From: Glaucostegus cemiculus
Lineage: Eukaryota
DNA length: 64,000 nt
Reading direction: 5' to 3'
Assembly: GCA_976551045.1 (NCBI GenBank)
Contig: CDPCPM010000028.1
Location: forward strand, 13,764,001 to 13,828,000
How positions within the stretch are numbered: position 1 is the first letter of the stretch; the number at the start of each line of letters is the position of its first letter. Under the pieces are notes generated by a model. It was not told where the DNA came from. It ran no database searches and was given only the letters and a program-made list of their open reading frames with translations. The position numbers were made by a program, and so were the translations under genes. Below are positions 26,195 to 38,984 of this stretch, piece by piece.

Positions 26195-27150
26195 ACATAA
26201 AACATAGATACCTACAGCACAATTCAGGCCCTTCGGCCCACAAAGCTGTGCCAAACATGTCCCCACACTATTAGGCTTACCCATAACCTTCTATCTTATT
26301 TACCTCCATGTACCTATCCAACAGTCTCTTGAAAGACCCTATTGTATCTGCCTCCACCACCATTTCCGGCAGCCCATTCCACGCACTCACCACTCTCTGA
26401 GTAAAAAACTTACCCCTAACATCTCCCCTATATCTTCCCCCCAGCACCTTAAACCTATGTCCTCTTGTGGCCACCATTTCAGCCCTGGGGAAAAGCCTCT
26501 GACTATCTACCCTATCCATACCTCTCAACATCTTATACACCTCAATCAGGTCCCCCCTCATCCTCCTCCTCTCCAAGGAGAAAAGGCCGAGTTCCCGTAG
26601 CCTGCTCTCATAAGGCATGCTCCTCATTCCAGGCAGCATCCTCGTAAACCTCCTCTGTACCCTCTCTATAGCTTCCACATCCTTCCTGTAGTGAGGCGAC
26701 CAGAACTGAACACAATACTCCAGGTGGGGTCTGACCAGGGACCTATACAACTGAAGCATTACCTCCCTACTCCTAAATTCAATCCCTTGACGGATGAAGG
26801 ACAATACACCATACGCCTTCCTAACCACAGAGTCAACCTGCGCAGCCGCCTTGAGCGTCCTATGGACTCGGACCCCAAGATCCCTCTGATCCTCCACACT
26901 GCCAAGAGTCTTACCATTAATTCTATATTCCGCCAACCTATTTGACCTACCAAAATGAACCACTTCACATTTATCCGGGTTGAACTGCATCTGCCATTTC
27001 TCAGCCCAACTCTGCATCCTATCTATGTCCCTCTGTAGCCTCTGACAACCCTCCAAACTATCCACAACTCCCCCAACCTTCGTGTCGTCAGCAAACTTAC
27101 TAACCCACCCCTCCACTTCCTCATCCAGGTCATTTATAAAGATGACAAAT
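26195..27150 (-). mobile_element. young 5'-truncated CR1 with an intact RT C-terminal ORF, nested in an older + CR1 (26150-27480), TSD GGTAGA
   Basis: 279-aa [33 protein letters not shown] at 26189-26194 and 27151-27156. Confidence 0.92.
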
Positions 27151-27557
27151 GGTAGATGGTAACGGTCTTTTCCCCAGGGTAGGGGAGTCTAAAACTATGG
27201 GGCATTCTAGAGAGGGGAAAGATTTAATAGGGACCAGAGGGGCAACGTTTTCACCCAGAGGGTGACAGATATATGGAATGAGCTGCCAGAGGAAGTGGGT
27301 GAGGGAGGTACAACAGTGTCATTTGAGAAGCACATGGATAGGTACATGGAGGGGCGGGGCTTGGAGGAATATGATCTGAACGCAGGAAATTGGGACTAGC
27401 TGGGTGTGCACCGTGGACAGCATGGACTGGTTGGGCCGAAGGGCCTGTATCCCTGCTGTATCGCTCTAGGACTCTAACTCTCAATTCAACCTGACTGCAT
27501 TATATCTCCTTTTAATATAACTCTCGGACTTGCAAGAACCTGATAATCCACAATGGA

Positions 27558-27682
27558 GGCACAACAGGCTACAGATGATGGAATCTGAAGCAAAAAAACA
27601 AACTGCTGGAGGAATCCAGTGGGTCAGGCAGCATCTGTGGAAGCAACTGAACAGCCGACATTTCAGGTCAGGACCCTTCATT
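27558..27682 (-). repeat. Penelope-terminus-derived repeat
   Basis: Reverse strand ATGAAGGGTCCTGACCTGAAATGTCGGCTG..CACAGATGCTGCCTGACCC. Confidence 0.65.
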
Positions 27683-29039
27683 TACCATGCTGTCCTTCCA
27701 AATTTGACATACCCCTGTGTGTTGCCCACATCCACTCTCAATAGTCCCGACAAGGTCTTGTCAGGACCTGATATAGTTGTAGCACACAATTTACCCCATT
27801 GAATAAAAACAGTTAATGCTGGAAATATTTGCAAGTTCAACCATATCTGTAAAGGGAGTAACATTTAACATTTCAGGTTAATGACCTTTCAAAGATTTCC
27901 AACATCTGCAGTTTTTTTTGCTTTTCATTTATTCCCTTGAACTTCAGTCGTCTAGCTGAAAAAGCTTGCAAGCCATCTGTCTTTCTAATTAGTTTCTGTA
28001 CGCTGTCTGTGATGTCTTAAAATATGTCATAAATGATGTACACACTTGGACCCCTAAGTCTCTTTGTATCTCCAACATTTCCAGCCTACTGCCATTTAAA
28101 AAGATATTCTGCTCAATCCTTTTAATTATTAAGTTACAGTTGCTTACACTGAATCCATTTATCATCTTTTACTGAATCTATTTATAGCACTGAAATAGTT
28201 CCATCTACGCTGCGCATCTTTACTGTGTGAGTTAAAGGTAAAGTTGAATAAATGTGCTTCTATTGAATCATGTGAACTATAAATCAATAGTGAACAATTG
28301 CACACTCAACGCAAGCTTCTTGTAGAACACTTGTCACATCCTGCCACTTAGAAAACAAGACCTTCACCCTGACACTACCTCCAACCCTCAATAATTTGGC
28401 TTTCAATTCCAGGAAATGTAATGCTTAGAATCTTATTGGGGATTAATAACTTCCAGAAATTTATGTAAGCAACATTCCCGGGCATCCCTCCACTAACCTT
28501 AGATGTCTCTTCCAAAGATTCAAACAGGTTCAGCATATACTTTGAATTTCTTCAACTAAACACATTATTGACAACAGATGTTGAGCTAATTGGTCTGCAA
28601 GTCTCATTGCTACTGTTCACCTTTCCTAGAAAGCACAATAACATGCACAGACTTCCATTCGGAAGGAACAGTTCACAAATCTGTTCATTTAAAACCACTG
28701 GTGTAGAAACCATTCCACTGTGGTGATTTGTCACTGCTTGAAAAGCTCCTGATTATCCTTCTTTCCCTGATAAAACCAGAATACTGTATAAATTTACATA
28801 TCCTTAAAAGTTTACCTTCACCTTCTCTCATCTAGATTTCTTTATCACCTTTCCATTTGCATCTATCTAAACTCCAAAAGAAGTGCTTCTTTATACGTTT
28901 ATGTATTTTAATTTAGCTGTGTTGTCTGTAACCATTTTAGCCTCCCACAGTATTTTTGCAGTATCTAGTGATCCTGCCCAGTTTACTGTGGGTGTTTTGT
29001 TGAAAGATGATCGACCCAAATTGTTGAATCTTTTTCTCA

Positions 29040-29310
29040 CTCTCTCAAGATGCTGCCTAAGCATTTCCAGTCTTCTGCTTTTGTTTCCGATTTCAAGGAT
29101 CTGTTTCCAAACAAAAAAAACACAAACTGGTGGAGGAACTCAAGCTGGTTAAGCAGCAACCCCAGGGGGGAAAGGACAGTCAATGTTTCAGACTGAGACC
29201 CTGCATTGGGATACTGACACTACTTCACAGTTGCTGCTCGGCCCACTGCATTTCTTCAGCAGTTTGGTTTTTGCTCCAGATTCCAGCATCTGCAGTCTCA
29301 TGTCTCCAGT
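29040..29310. repeat. Penelope-terminus-derived palindromic repeats
   Basis: AAAACACAAACTGGTGGAGGAACTCA arm and the inverted CAGCAGTTTGGTTTTTGCTCCAGATTCCAGCATCTGCAG arm. Confidence 0.55.
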
Positions 29311-30324
29311 TTGCTGCTTTCAACATTTTAATTACTATGAACAGTTTCCTCCTTATTACACCAAAACCTAAGTTCTCAGATCCACTTTTAAATACAGTGT
29401 TGTACTCTTACAATTGTTCTTGGACAAACATTTACATAAGCAATGAGGCATGAACAAAATTTCCTTCAAGACTTCATCAAACATGGCCTGTCTGATTGCT
29501 GGTTATATATTGTTGCAAATCAAAACTATCATGAACTCTGAAGAAACTTATTGCATTTCTGACATAATTTGGACTCCTTTTCCCAATTTCTTTGCATATT
29601 AAAATCCATCATCAACACCGTGCTTCTACTGTATGTCTAATATCTGCAACTAGAAATCTTACCACTTCAGCAGCATGGCAATATATTCCCAATAGAGCCA
29701 TTATTTGTTTCCTATTTCTTAATTTTATCCATAAAGTCTCCACTGCCTGCTTGCCTCTTATATATTTTCCTCACTCAAGTGATTTCATCACAATTCAGTC
29801 CTTATGTCCCCCCCACCAGATTCTCCATCTTTCCTGTGGACCTTATAATTTGATATATTCAGTTCTCAATCCCAACAGCCTTGCAGCTATGTTTCAGAAA
29901 TAATTACCACGATGTGCCTGCAGTTCACTTAATTTGTTTCTTCTACTCTGTGGTTCCACAAAATCATTCACAATGCTGGAACCATTTTTGGACACAATTT
30001 AATTTAAAATAACGTTCGGCATAGGTTATATGCTTTTTCTGAGGCTGTTCAACTCTTGGCGTAAAGCCTATTTTGATATCTAATATGAGCACTGACAAAA
30101 GGGTCATGGAATACATTTTATAACTCCCCTTTCTCTTTCTTCCCTGCATCCACCATCCCCTCAGGAAGTTTATTTGTCCTCATATAACTACTTGAAGTCC
30201 TCAAGTTTCTACTCAAGGTATGGAAATTGTCAATACGTCAATGCGTAGGTACAACCACTCTACACATTAGACACTTCAGATACTCTGGTATATAACATTT
30301 CAGACAAAACAGTTTTCCCACAGC

Positions 30325-31620
30325 AATCTTGCAGAAAACACAAAGACTGGTTGCATTGTGAATTGCGCAGAAGATTGCCAAAGGGGACAGCGAGATAGAG
30401 ATAAGCTGCAGTTATGGGCGGAGAAGTGGCAGATGGAGTTTAATCCTGGCAAGTGCAACGTGCCGCACTGTGGGAGACCCAACGTGAAAGGACACAGTTA
30501 ATGGCAGGATTCTCAATAGCATTGATGAACAGAGGGACCTTGCGGTCCAGGTACATGGTTCCCTAAAAGTGGCCGCACAGGTCGATAGGGTGGTAAAGGC
30601 GGCTTATGGCAATGCTTGCCTTCATTAACCGAGACATTGAGTTCAAGAGTCAGGATGTTACAGCTTTGTAAAACTCTGCTTAGGCCACATCTGGAGTATT
30701 GCATTCAGTTCCAGTCACCTCATTATAGGAAGGATGTGGAGACCTTGGAGAGGGCACAGAAGAGGTTCACCAGGAAGCTCCCTGGTTTGGAGGATGAATG
30801 CTATGAGGAGAGGTTGGAAAAGCCGGGGGCTGTTTTCTCTAGAGCGGCGGAGGCTGAGGGGAGATTTGGTAGAAGTTTATAAAATTATGCAAGGCATAGA
30901 GAGAGTAGACTGAAAGTATCTTTTCCCCAGGATTGAGATGTCTAGTACTACCATATGATAGGGTCTTTCAAGAGAGTGTTAGATAGGTACATGGAGCTAA
31001 GTAAAATAGAGAGCTATGGGTAAGCCTAGTAATTTCTAATGTAGGGACATGTAGGGCCACAAGAGGACATAGGTTTAAGGTGCTGGGGGGAAGATATAGG
31101 GGAGATGTTAGGGGTAAGTTTTTTACTCAGAGAGTGGTGAGTGCGTGGAATGGGCTGCCGGAGATGGTGGTGGAGGCGGATACGTTAGGGTCTTTCAAGA
31201 GACTGTTGGATAGGTACATGGAGGTAAATAAGATAGAAGGCTATGGGTAAGCCTAATAGTGTGGGGACATGTTCGGCACAGCTTTGTGGGCCGAAGGGCC
31301 TGAATTGTGCTGTAGATTTTCTATGTTCTATGTTCTAGAGGGCATGTATTTAAGGTGAGAGGTGAAAAGTACAATGGAAATGTGCAAGGCACTTTTTTTT
31401 GAAAACACAGAGTGGTGGGGACTGGGATGCACTGCCAGGGGTGGTGGTAGAGGCAGATAACATGGGAGTGTTTAAGAGACTCTTGGATAGGCAAATGAAT
31501 TTGTAGAGAAGGGAGGGATATTGTCACTGTGCAGGTAAAAGGGATTAGATTAATTAGGAGTAATTAGTTTAATACAACACTGTAAGATGAAGGGCCTGTC
31601 CGATGCCACATTATGTTCCA
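30325..31620 (+). mobile_element. older CR1 3' half with two tandem young CR1 tails inserted (~30951-31337)
   Basis: RPHLEYCIQF..RKDVETLERAQKRFTR; the host sequence TCTAGTACTA|GAGGGCAT is split by the insert. Confidence 0.85.
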
Positions 31621-32146
31621 GAATTCCATAATAATTTATCAGTTCAGGAGGAAGCACAGCTGTAATTTTCTCTAGCAATTTCAACTATATTCATTTAGCT
31701 TCTGAAGCCAGTTTCTGGACTTAGCTTACATCTGTGTAACGTAGCTAGAATACAGTTCCACTCTGATTTCAAGACAGTTATTAAAACTGACTCTCTGTAG
31801 TATGAAGAATAGTGACTGCAAATATTCATTTGTGCAGGAGAGAGTTTTCTGTGTGCTGTTAACTTATTTATTAGGATTGCCTCTGGGTTAAGTTAAAAGA
31901 AAATAGCAGCCAAATTTCTTTGAGGGAAGTAGGAAGTTGTATCCCCAGGGACTACTGATCTTTGTTTTATATTAATGACCTGGACTTGAATGTTAAGGAT
32001 GTCATTTCAAAGTTTGCAGATGACAAGGCTCCAATGTAGCAAGCAATGTGAAGGACTGTAAAGGACATCAGGAGGACACAGAGAGTGGAGAAACTTTGTG
32101 CAAAATTTAAAGGGTACAGTTTAATTGATGAATGAGGAAAGGCAAT

Positions 32147-32458
32147 CCTCATTCATCAACTTGCCAGGATTAAACTCCATCTGCCACTTCTCCGCCCATA
32201 ATTGCAGCTGATCTCTATCTCGCTGTCCCCTTTGGCAAGCTTCTGTGCAATTCACAACGCAACCAGTCTTTGTGTTTTCTGCAAGATTGCTGTGGGAAAA
32301 CCAGCAACCCAGAGCAGTTTGTTTATCCTATGCACCTCACTATTAAGTATGCTTAAACCAGAGTATCTGAAGTGCCTAATGTATAGTGGTTGGCACATGT
32401 TTGGCACAGTTTTGTGGGCCGAAGGGCCTGAATTGTGCTGTAGGTATCTATGTTCTAT
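32147..32458 (+). mobile_element. composite CR1-tailed insertion made of locally templated fragments, TSD GCAAT, inside an old + CR1 (~31965-32640)
   Basis: See top finding. CR1 tail at 32393-32458. Confidence 0.8.
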
Positions 32459-32642
32459 GCAATAGCAACTAAATATTACAACTTCTGAAGTGAGTGTAGA
32501 AACAGAGTTCTGCAGGAGTTGATGTACACAAACCCTGGCAGGTGGGAGGGCAAATTGATAAAACAGGTTTTTAAAGAAGTGTACAAAGGTGCTGGGTTTT
32601 ATTATTAGAAGAGTACAAGGAGCATTTGACAAGCCCAAGCTA

Positions 32643-33420
32643 TAAGAACATGAGACAGGAGCAGGTATGGACCATATTGCCCTACAAGTCTGCTCTGCCA
32701 TTCAACAAGATCATGGCAGAACTTTAAGAATAGTTATTTTCCAACACCACCTCCATGTCCCTGGATTCCCTTAGTACCTAAAAACCTCAGTTTCAAATGA
32801 AGACAATGACCGAGTCCCCAGAACCCTCCAGTGTAGTGAATTCCAAAGGTTCAGCACTCTGAGTGAAGATATTTCTCCTCATTACAGTCCAAAATGGCTT
32901 ACCCCTTATTCTCGAGCCGTGCTCTTGGCTGGTCAGTCAGGGGAAACATCCTCCCTTGTATCTAGTCTGTCAAGCCCTTTAACCATTTTCAGAGTTTCAT
33001 TGAAATCTCCTCTCATTCCTCTAAGCTCCGAAGAATCTACTCAAACTCTCCTTGTAAGACAAACCTGCCAACCCTGAAAACAGAGACTAGTAAGTCTTCA
33101 CTGACTCCCTTTTGGCAAGTATGGCTATTCTAAGGTAAGGAGACCAAAACTGTACACAGTACTCCCGATGTGGTCTCATCAATGCTCGATATAACTGCAA
33201 TAAGATCTCATAACTCCTGTAAACAAGTACACGCATAATAAAGACTAAGATACAACTTTTTTCCTGATTGCTTGCTGCATTTGCACATCGCTTTGAACAT
33301 CAATGCCGTTGAATTGCTCACCATTCCACAGATATTCTATCTTACTGTTATGTGCACAAATTGGATGACTCACATTTTTCCTTATATATGCAATGTTCTC
33401 ACCCAGCTTGACTATCTCCT
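32643..33420 (-). mobile_element. old CR1 3' part
   Basis: AAGAACAT..GGAGCAGG tail and reverse-strand HREYCVQFWSPYLR at ~33130-33175. Confidence 0.65.
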
Positions 33421-33499
33421 TGAAACCTCTTTACATTTCCTCTGTGCTCACTACCTCACCTTTAGTAAACCAGTTAGGCACAGAGCATTGTGACCCAGA

Positions 33500-33912
33500 C
33501 TGTACATCTCAATCTCAAGGTTGCAGAGCAGAAGAGATTTATTTGATTGGGAGCAGAAATGAGATACTTTGGTTATAATGGGCCAAACCATTTTCCTCCT
33601 TAGAGCAGAAAAAATAAAGAGATGTGATAAATGTGTTCAAAATCACGAATAGTTGGGTAAATACAGAAATTCCCAGTTAAAGAGGACACATAAAGGTGAT
33701 TTACAACAGAATTAGAGAAGACATGAGGGAACTTCAGCAATGAGATGTTGAGATCTGAAAGATATGCTCAGAATGGATGGTGGAAGCATACTTAATAGTG
33801 AGGTGCATAGGATAAACAAACTGCTGGGAAATAAATGGATGAATTAAAATGTTCAACCAAAGGGCTGCCATGGGCACAAGGGGCTGAATGGTCTCTCATG
33901 CTCTATTATGCT
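33500..33912 (+). mobile_element. old CR1 3' part
   Basis: TTTTCCTCCTTAGAGCAGA..AGAGGACAC..GGGCTGAATGG..TGCT tail. Confidence 0.55.
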
Positions 33913-36900
33913 TTTATTCTAGAATGTAAAATGAGTATTCTTATTTTAAAACTTCTAATTACTTAGTATCCAGAAAAAGCCAAATGGATGTACAGTTCTT
34001 TAGGGCTGTTAAGCACTTCCAGCACAAGTCCAGCTGCAGTAAGATGTACTGGACAGATATTTCATAGAGTATTGATTCAGAACAAATCTGATCAGTTTTA
34101 AAAATTATTTGCACTTCACAAAAACTGTCATCCCAAATAGATCTAAATTAACTATAATTCATAAACTGTGCAAATGATGTGGAATAGAAATCGACAAGTC
34201 TCTCCTCTGCTCGCACAGGGAGCCTCATGCCAAGTTCAGAATTGTCATCCTTGCCTGTCTTAACATAGATCAAAAGGCATAAATCAGGATGGGAGTACAG
34301 ACCCAGGATTAATTTGCCTCAGTACCACGGTGAATGCTGCGGTTTTCCATGTAGCTACAGGAATTGTCCATCATTTGTCATGGCATGCTGCTGGGAAAAA
34401 GGTGACCTTACAGAGAAACCATTCAAATAACTATTGTATTTCGTTAGCTGTTATTACAATTCTTACTCTGTTAGCAGTGATGAAGATTTCTAGTTCAGCT
34501 ACTCTTACCACAAGGGTCACATTGCTGGTGCCTTGGCATCCCTGCAGAAGCCCAAGCAGATCAAAAGATGGACGAAGGAAGATAGATCTTAGTTATGGTG
34601 TTTTTGCACACCATCAGGTACATCCATCTTGCTTCAGAGCTGGTTTTCAGATGTTTTTTTTTTACAGATTAAGCAAACAGAATGTGTGTTAAGCAAGACC
34701 CCAAAAATAAAAGAAGGTTCATCTGCCCAATATCATTTGAAGGTCGCTGATGTAATTCAGGGAATGTGAGGACCTTCACCCACTGTGCTCGAAGGCATCG
34801 GCTTCGAATGAAACATCACTCCCTTAAAACTGAGCTGACTTGTCAGCCTTCATTACAGCTCAAGTCTCATGTCATTTTGGTTAAAAGATGCACCAGTGAC
34901 AGTTCACACGACATCTGAGAAGACATTCTCTTCAAATCGTGAGCAACATGTTTCCAGAAGGTACACTAAATGCCAAGAATCCAATGCTAAGAATATTACT
35001 GGATTTTTCTCCTGGGCATCATCACTGCCAGACATTGGTTTGGAAAACATCCCGACCTCAAGTTCCAACTCTGATCTACTTTCTTTGGTTGGGATTAAAT
35101 GTACACACTCCCAGCAGTAGCCTGTCACTACATTGTTGTAAAATCAGTTGATGGTAGTGCAATCAACCCACAAAAGGGCAAGAGGACACATTTTAAGAAG
35201 ACCCACGAGTAGGCAGAGTGCAAATAATTGATGCCTTCATAAATGCACTGAGGCAGAACACAACTTCCTTAAATGTTGAAAGCTACAGACTGAGTGTTCT
35301 GGTCATTGTTATACTGCAACAAAGTCAACATACCATACAACCTTCCTCCACAACGTGATCACAGATAGGCGACAATCGAGGATGAGAATCCATAATAGCT
35401 GCTCTGAAGAAATAGGGAAGGGAAATGTGGCCAGGACCAAGTCCTCTCTCTGTTGCTTCAGCTTCAGTAGGTCCTCTGAGTGCTGCTCTATCCATATTAC
35501 CATCCCATCATTCACTTGCTTGTGTTCACTGGTACCACTGTGGAAAGGGCAGATACTGGACAATTTCCCAAGCTCAAACTCCACCAACGTCATTTGCACG
35601 CATAACAAAATAGTCAAGCAGATGGGCTGTTAAAATCCTTAGCGTGTAACAAGAGGAGTCACAGAAAAACATTCCAACTCTGGATTTAAGGGCAAGGCCT
35701 TGGACCTTTATGCTGCACTGCCACCAACTTAGAGTAATACACGACACAACACTGAAGCCCAATATCTATATTGGTTAAGAAAAAAAAAGCTAAAAATCAA
35801 ATGTTGCAAGAAAGTCACCTTACTTCAGTTATCACTTTGAAACTTAATATATATAAAATCCTATCCTCTGGCTTGACCTTTCATGTTAATTAGCCCAAAC
35901 AAATTTGACTGGTGCCTTCTTTAATCTTTCCAATAATCATTTTCATTTGGAGAAGGTGAATTCTCTCCGTGATTTTTCATTACACTATTTCCCAAGCTAC
36001 AATCTTACAGCTCTGACAATATGCTTCAAAGTCAATTTCAGTGAAAAGATCCCCATTTGAAGCAACAACATCTATCCTTTGGGTAAAATAAAAGCCTTTA
36101 AGTGAGATTAACTGATTACCGATGCGCTGTGGGTAGTTCTGTGCAACAGGCAGAGCTTGTTAGGGAACTGAAGCGAGGGCCTTTTCCCTCGGTGCTCATG
36201 ATCACCACTTGAGAAACAATCCCATCAGCTTGCTGGATCCAAACCCAGCAATTAAAGGCTTCAGGCCTGTGCTGACATGTGTCAAGGGACTTAATGCAAG
36301 GCATTCGTCAAGTAATACTGAAGGAATTAAGGCTGAATGAAACTGATAGAGCTTCAAATATTTAAATTATTAACTAATATCATTTAATGGAATCATACCA
36401 TATGAATATAAACATGAAAACGTTTGCGGCTCAATTTGCATGCAGCTTACAACTCTTACAGTGATCAGGCCAAATGTAGAACCTTCCCATTTCAACCTAT
36501 TCTAAGTGGAAAGTGATATTGGTCAGGTTCTTCCACTTAAAGGGACATGCTCTCTGACACCTGGAGCAGTTAAATCGATAAATTCTAAAGCTGTCTGCTT
36601 GTTTCTCAAAAAATGTAATGATTATCATGGTTACAAAATATAATCATTGAATATATTGTCATATTTTATATCACAATGTCAGGTTTAGGCTGCAGATGAT
36701 GTTTATGATATTGATAACATTATGCTGAATATGTTCATAAATTGCCACGTGTCATACTTATTGTTATTTGGGTCACCATAACCTCGTAACCTGCTCAAGT
36801 ACCACCTTATCTAGATAGAGTTCAGTTCTGGGGAAAGAGGGAACCGTTCGCTTGTGACAGGCATCACTTGAATCAGGCTGGGACCAGAGTACTAACAAAT

Positions 36901-37369
36901 TGAAATAACAGGGCAGTAGGTAAGGCTAGTGGGGGTGAAGGTCAGACAGTAGTTACGGGTGAGGAGGTGTGGGGAAGGTTCTTGTGAGGGCAAATTTAGG
37001 AAGTTAAAGAGCAAAGATAAAGTGATGGCACAGGGAAGCAAAACAAATCATGACAACTAGAGTCCATCAGGAAGGAACAGTGTTTCCAGGCATAAAAGTG
37101 TACCTTCAATTAGAATCAATGGTAAAAAGATAAAATTGAAGTCAATGCAAAACAAGGGAGACAAATGGCAGAACACAAACAAAAATAAATGGGTCTGATT
37201 ATTTGAAAACCATGGTTGCAAAGAGACCAAGATTGGAACACTTTAATACTTTATATGTACCAAATACTTTAAGTGAGAGGCAAATGGAAAAGGAGGCAGG
37301 AAGCAGATCATTTCTCATATCAGAGCAATGGAGAGAAGGACCTTACTTTGGAAAATCCAGTAGAAAAAA

Positions 37370-38060
37370 AATCACAGGAAATGCCAGAAATACTCAGCGG
37401 GTCAGGCCAGTCTCGTCCACAGATGCTGCCCAACTTGCTGAGTATTTCTGACTCTTTCTGTTTTTGTTTCAGATTTCCAGCACCTGTGGTATTTTGCTTC
37501 AAACAGAAGAACCAGTGTGGGTGAAGCGAAGAGCATGGGGCAGAAAACATAAATGAGAGTTGTGTAGGGCACCAAACAGTATGGCAATGCAGGGCAGAGT
37601 ATAAAAATCAGGAAGTCAGAGGTGCAAGTTAACAAGAGGAATACAATAATCATGGGAGATTTCAATCTACATATAGAGTGAGCAAATCAAATTAGAAGCA
37701 ATAGTGTAGTGGATGAGGTCTTAGAGTGATTTATTGAATCAGGATGTTAAAGACCAGAGATTTTTTTATATCCAGCATTGTGTAATGAAAGAGTTAGTTG
37801 GTATTCTGGGAGATAAAGGGCCTTAAGGGAATAGCAGCCACAAAAAGACAAAATAGAAGGAAAATAGTGCCGAGATAAATGGTCAGCTGTGATCTTAATG
37901 CATGCTGGAGCAGGCACGAGGGGCGGAATGGCCTACTCCTGCTTCTATTTATTGTCTAAAAATAATGAGAGAAAAATCACAGTATTAAAGCTAATATTCA
38001 GCAGACCAAAAGGAATAAGAGAGGAAGTGATGGGAACTGTACAACAGAAAAATAACGGCA
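37370..38060. mobile_element. Penelope-derived repeat followed by an old CR1 endonuclease fragment
   Basis: AAATGCCAGAAATACTCAGCGGGTCAGGC / CACAGATGCTGCC arms; VV.G..IIMGDFNLHI at ~37560-37675. Confidence 0.55.
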
Positions 38061-38984
38061 ACACATCCTAACAATTCATTCAAGTTAGACAAATTTAATT
38101 AGCTGGAAGGAACACGAGACACTCATGATTCAGGAGCAGAGGTGATCAGATTTACAAGAATCTTTCTCCTTCAGAAAAAGCACGCAACTTTCTAATTAAC
38201 AACTAAATTGAGCTTTAAACTAGCTTTAGGGGAGGAACAGGGACAAAACAGCAATTAACGCAGTATTGATGAAAACACGCGTGGACTTTGCTGCAAGTCA
38301 CTGCTGACTTTCTTGACAGCTTAGGTCAGACATTCACACTTTCAATTTCACATCAATTGGTGAACAGTTCTAAAAATGACTTGTATTACTTTTCAATATC
38401 AAACAGCCTCAGCATCTTTCAAAGTACAACTGTCACCACGTAGCATTTGCATTAAAAAGGGAAGTAAACTTTTTAAACTGAAACAGCTTCTCCCAATGTT
38501 CAAATATAATTTTGGATTTCATGATTGCAAAGTGCATTAGTGCTGCATGAAATTCTGGACTGCCATTGCTAGAAGTTTTAATTTGGATGGAAATTTATGA
38601 CTATGTACCATCATCATATCACCATTTTCCAACGGACTTCAATGGGAAATATGAATTGTTTTAAGATGTGATTTATCTAACAAGGTCTTAGGAGCACACA
38701 ATATCCCCATTGAAATCCTATAGCTCAGCAGTGAAGAGCTTCAGTAGCAAATCCACAATCTTGTGCTCACACTCAGAAGCAGCAATTATATTGGGCGATG
38801 TTAAGATGCTGCAACAATGCTCATGAAGAAAGGAGACAGGTCCAACTCCAGAGGGGTCTCCCTGTTATCTGCCACAAGGAAAGTCAAAGTCAGGCCTCCT
38901 CCCATTAGCCAAGCAGCTGCTCCTCAAATCACAGTGTGGATTCTGTCTGTCTAAAGGCACAATGACCATAATAGTCACCAAACA

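Noticed and set aside
31872-31889. Additional donor for the patchwork insertion (9-nt matches GGCAATCCT and AACCCAGAG)
   Set aside because: Too short, and already explained by the TSD plus fold-back and by the 33784-33828 donor.
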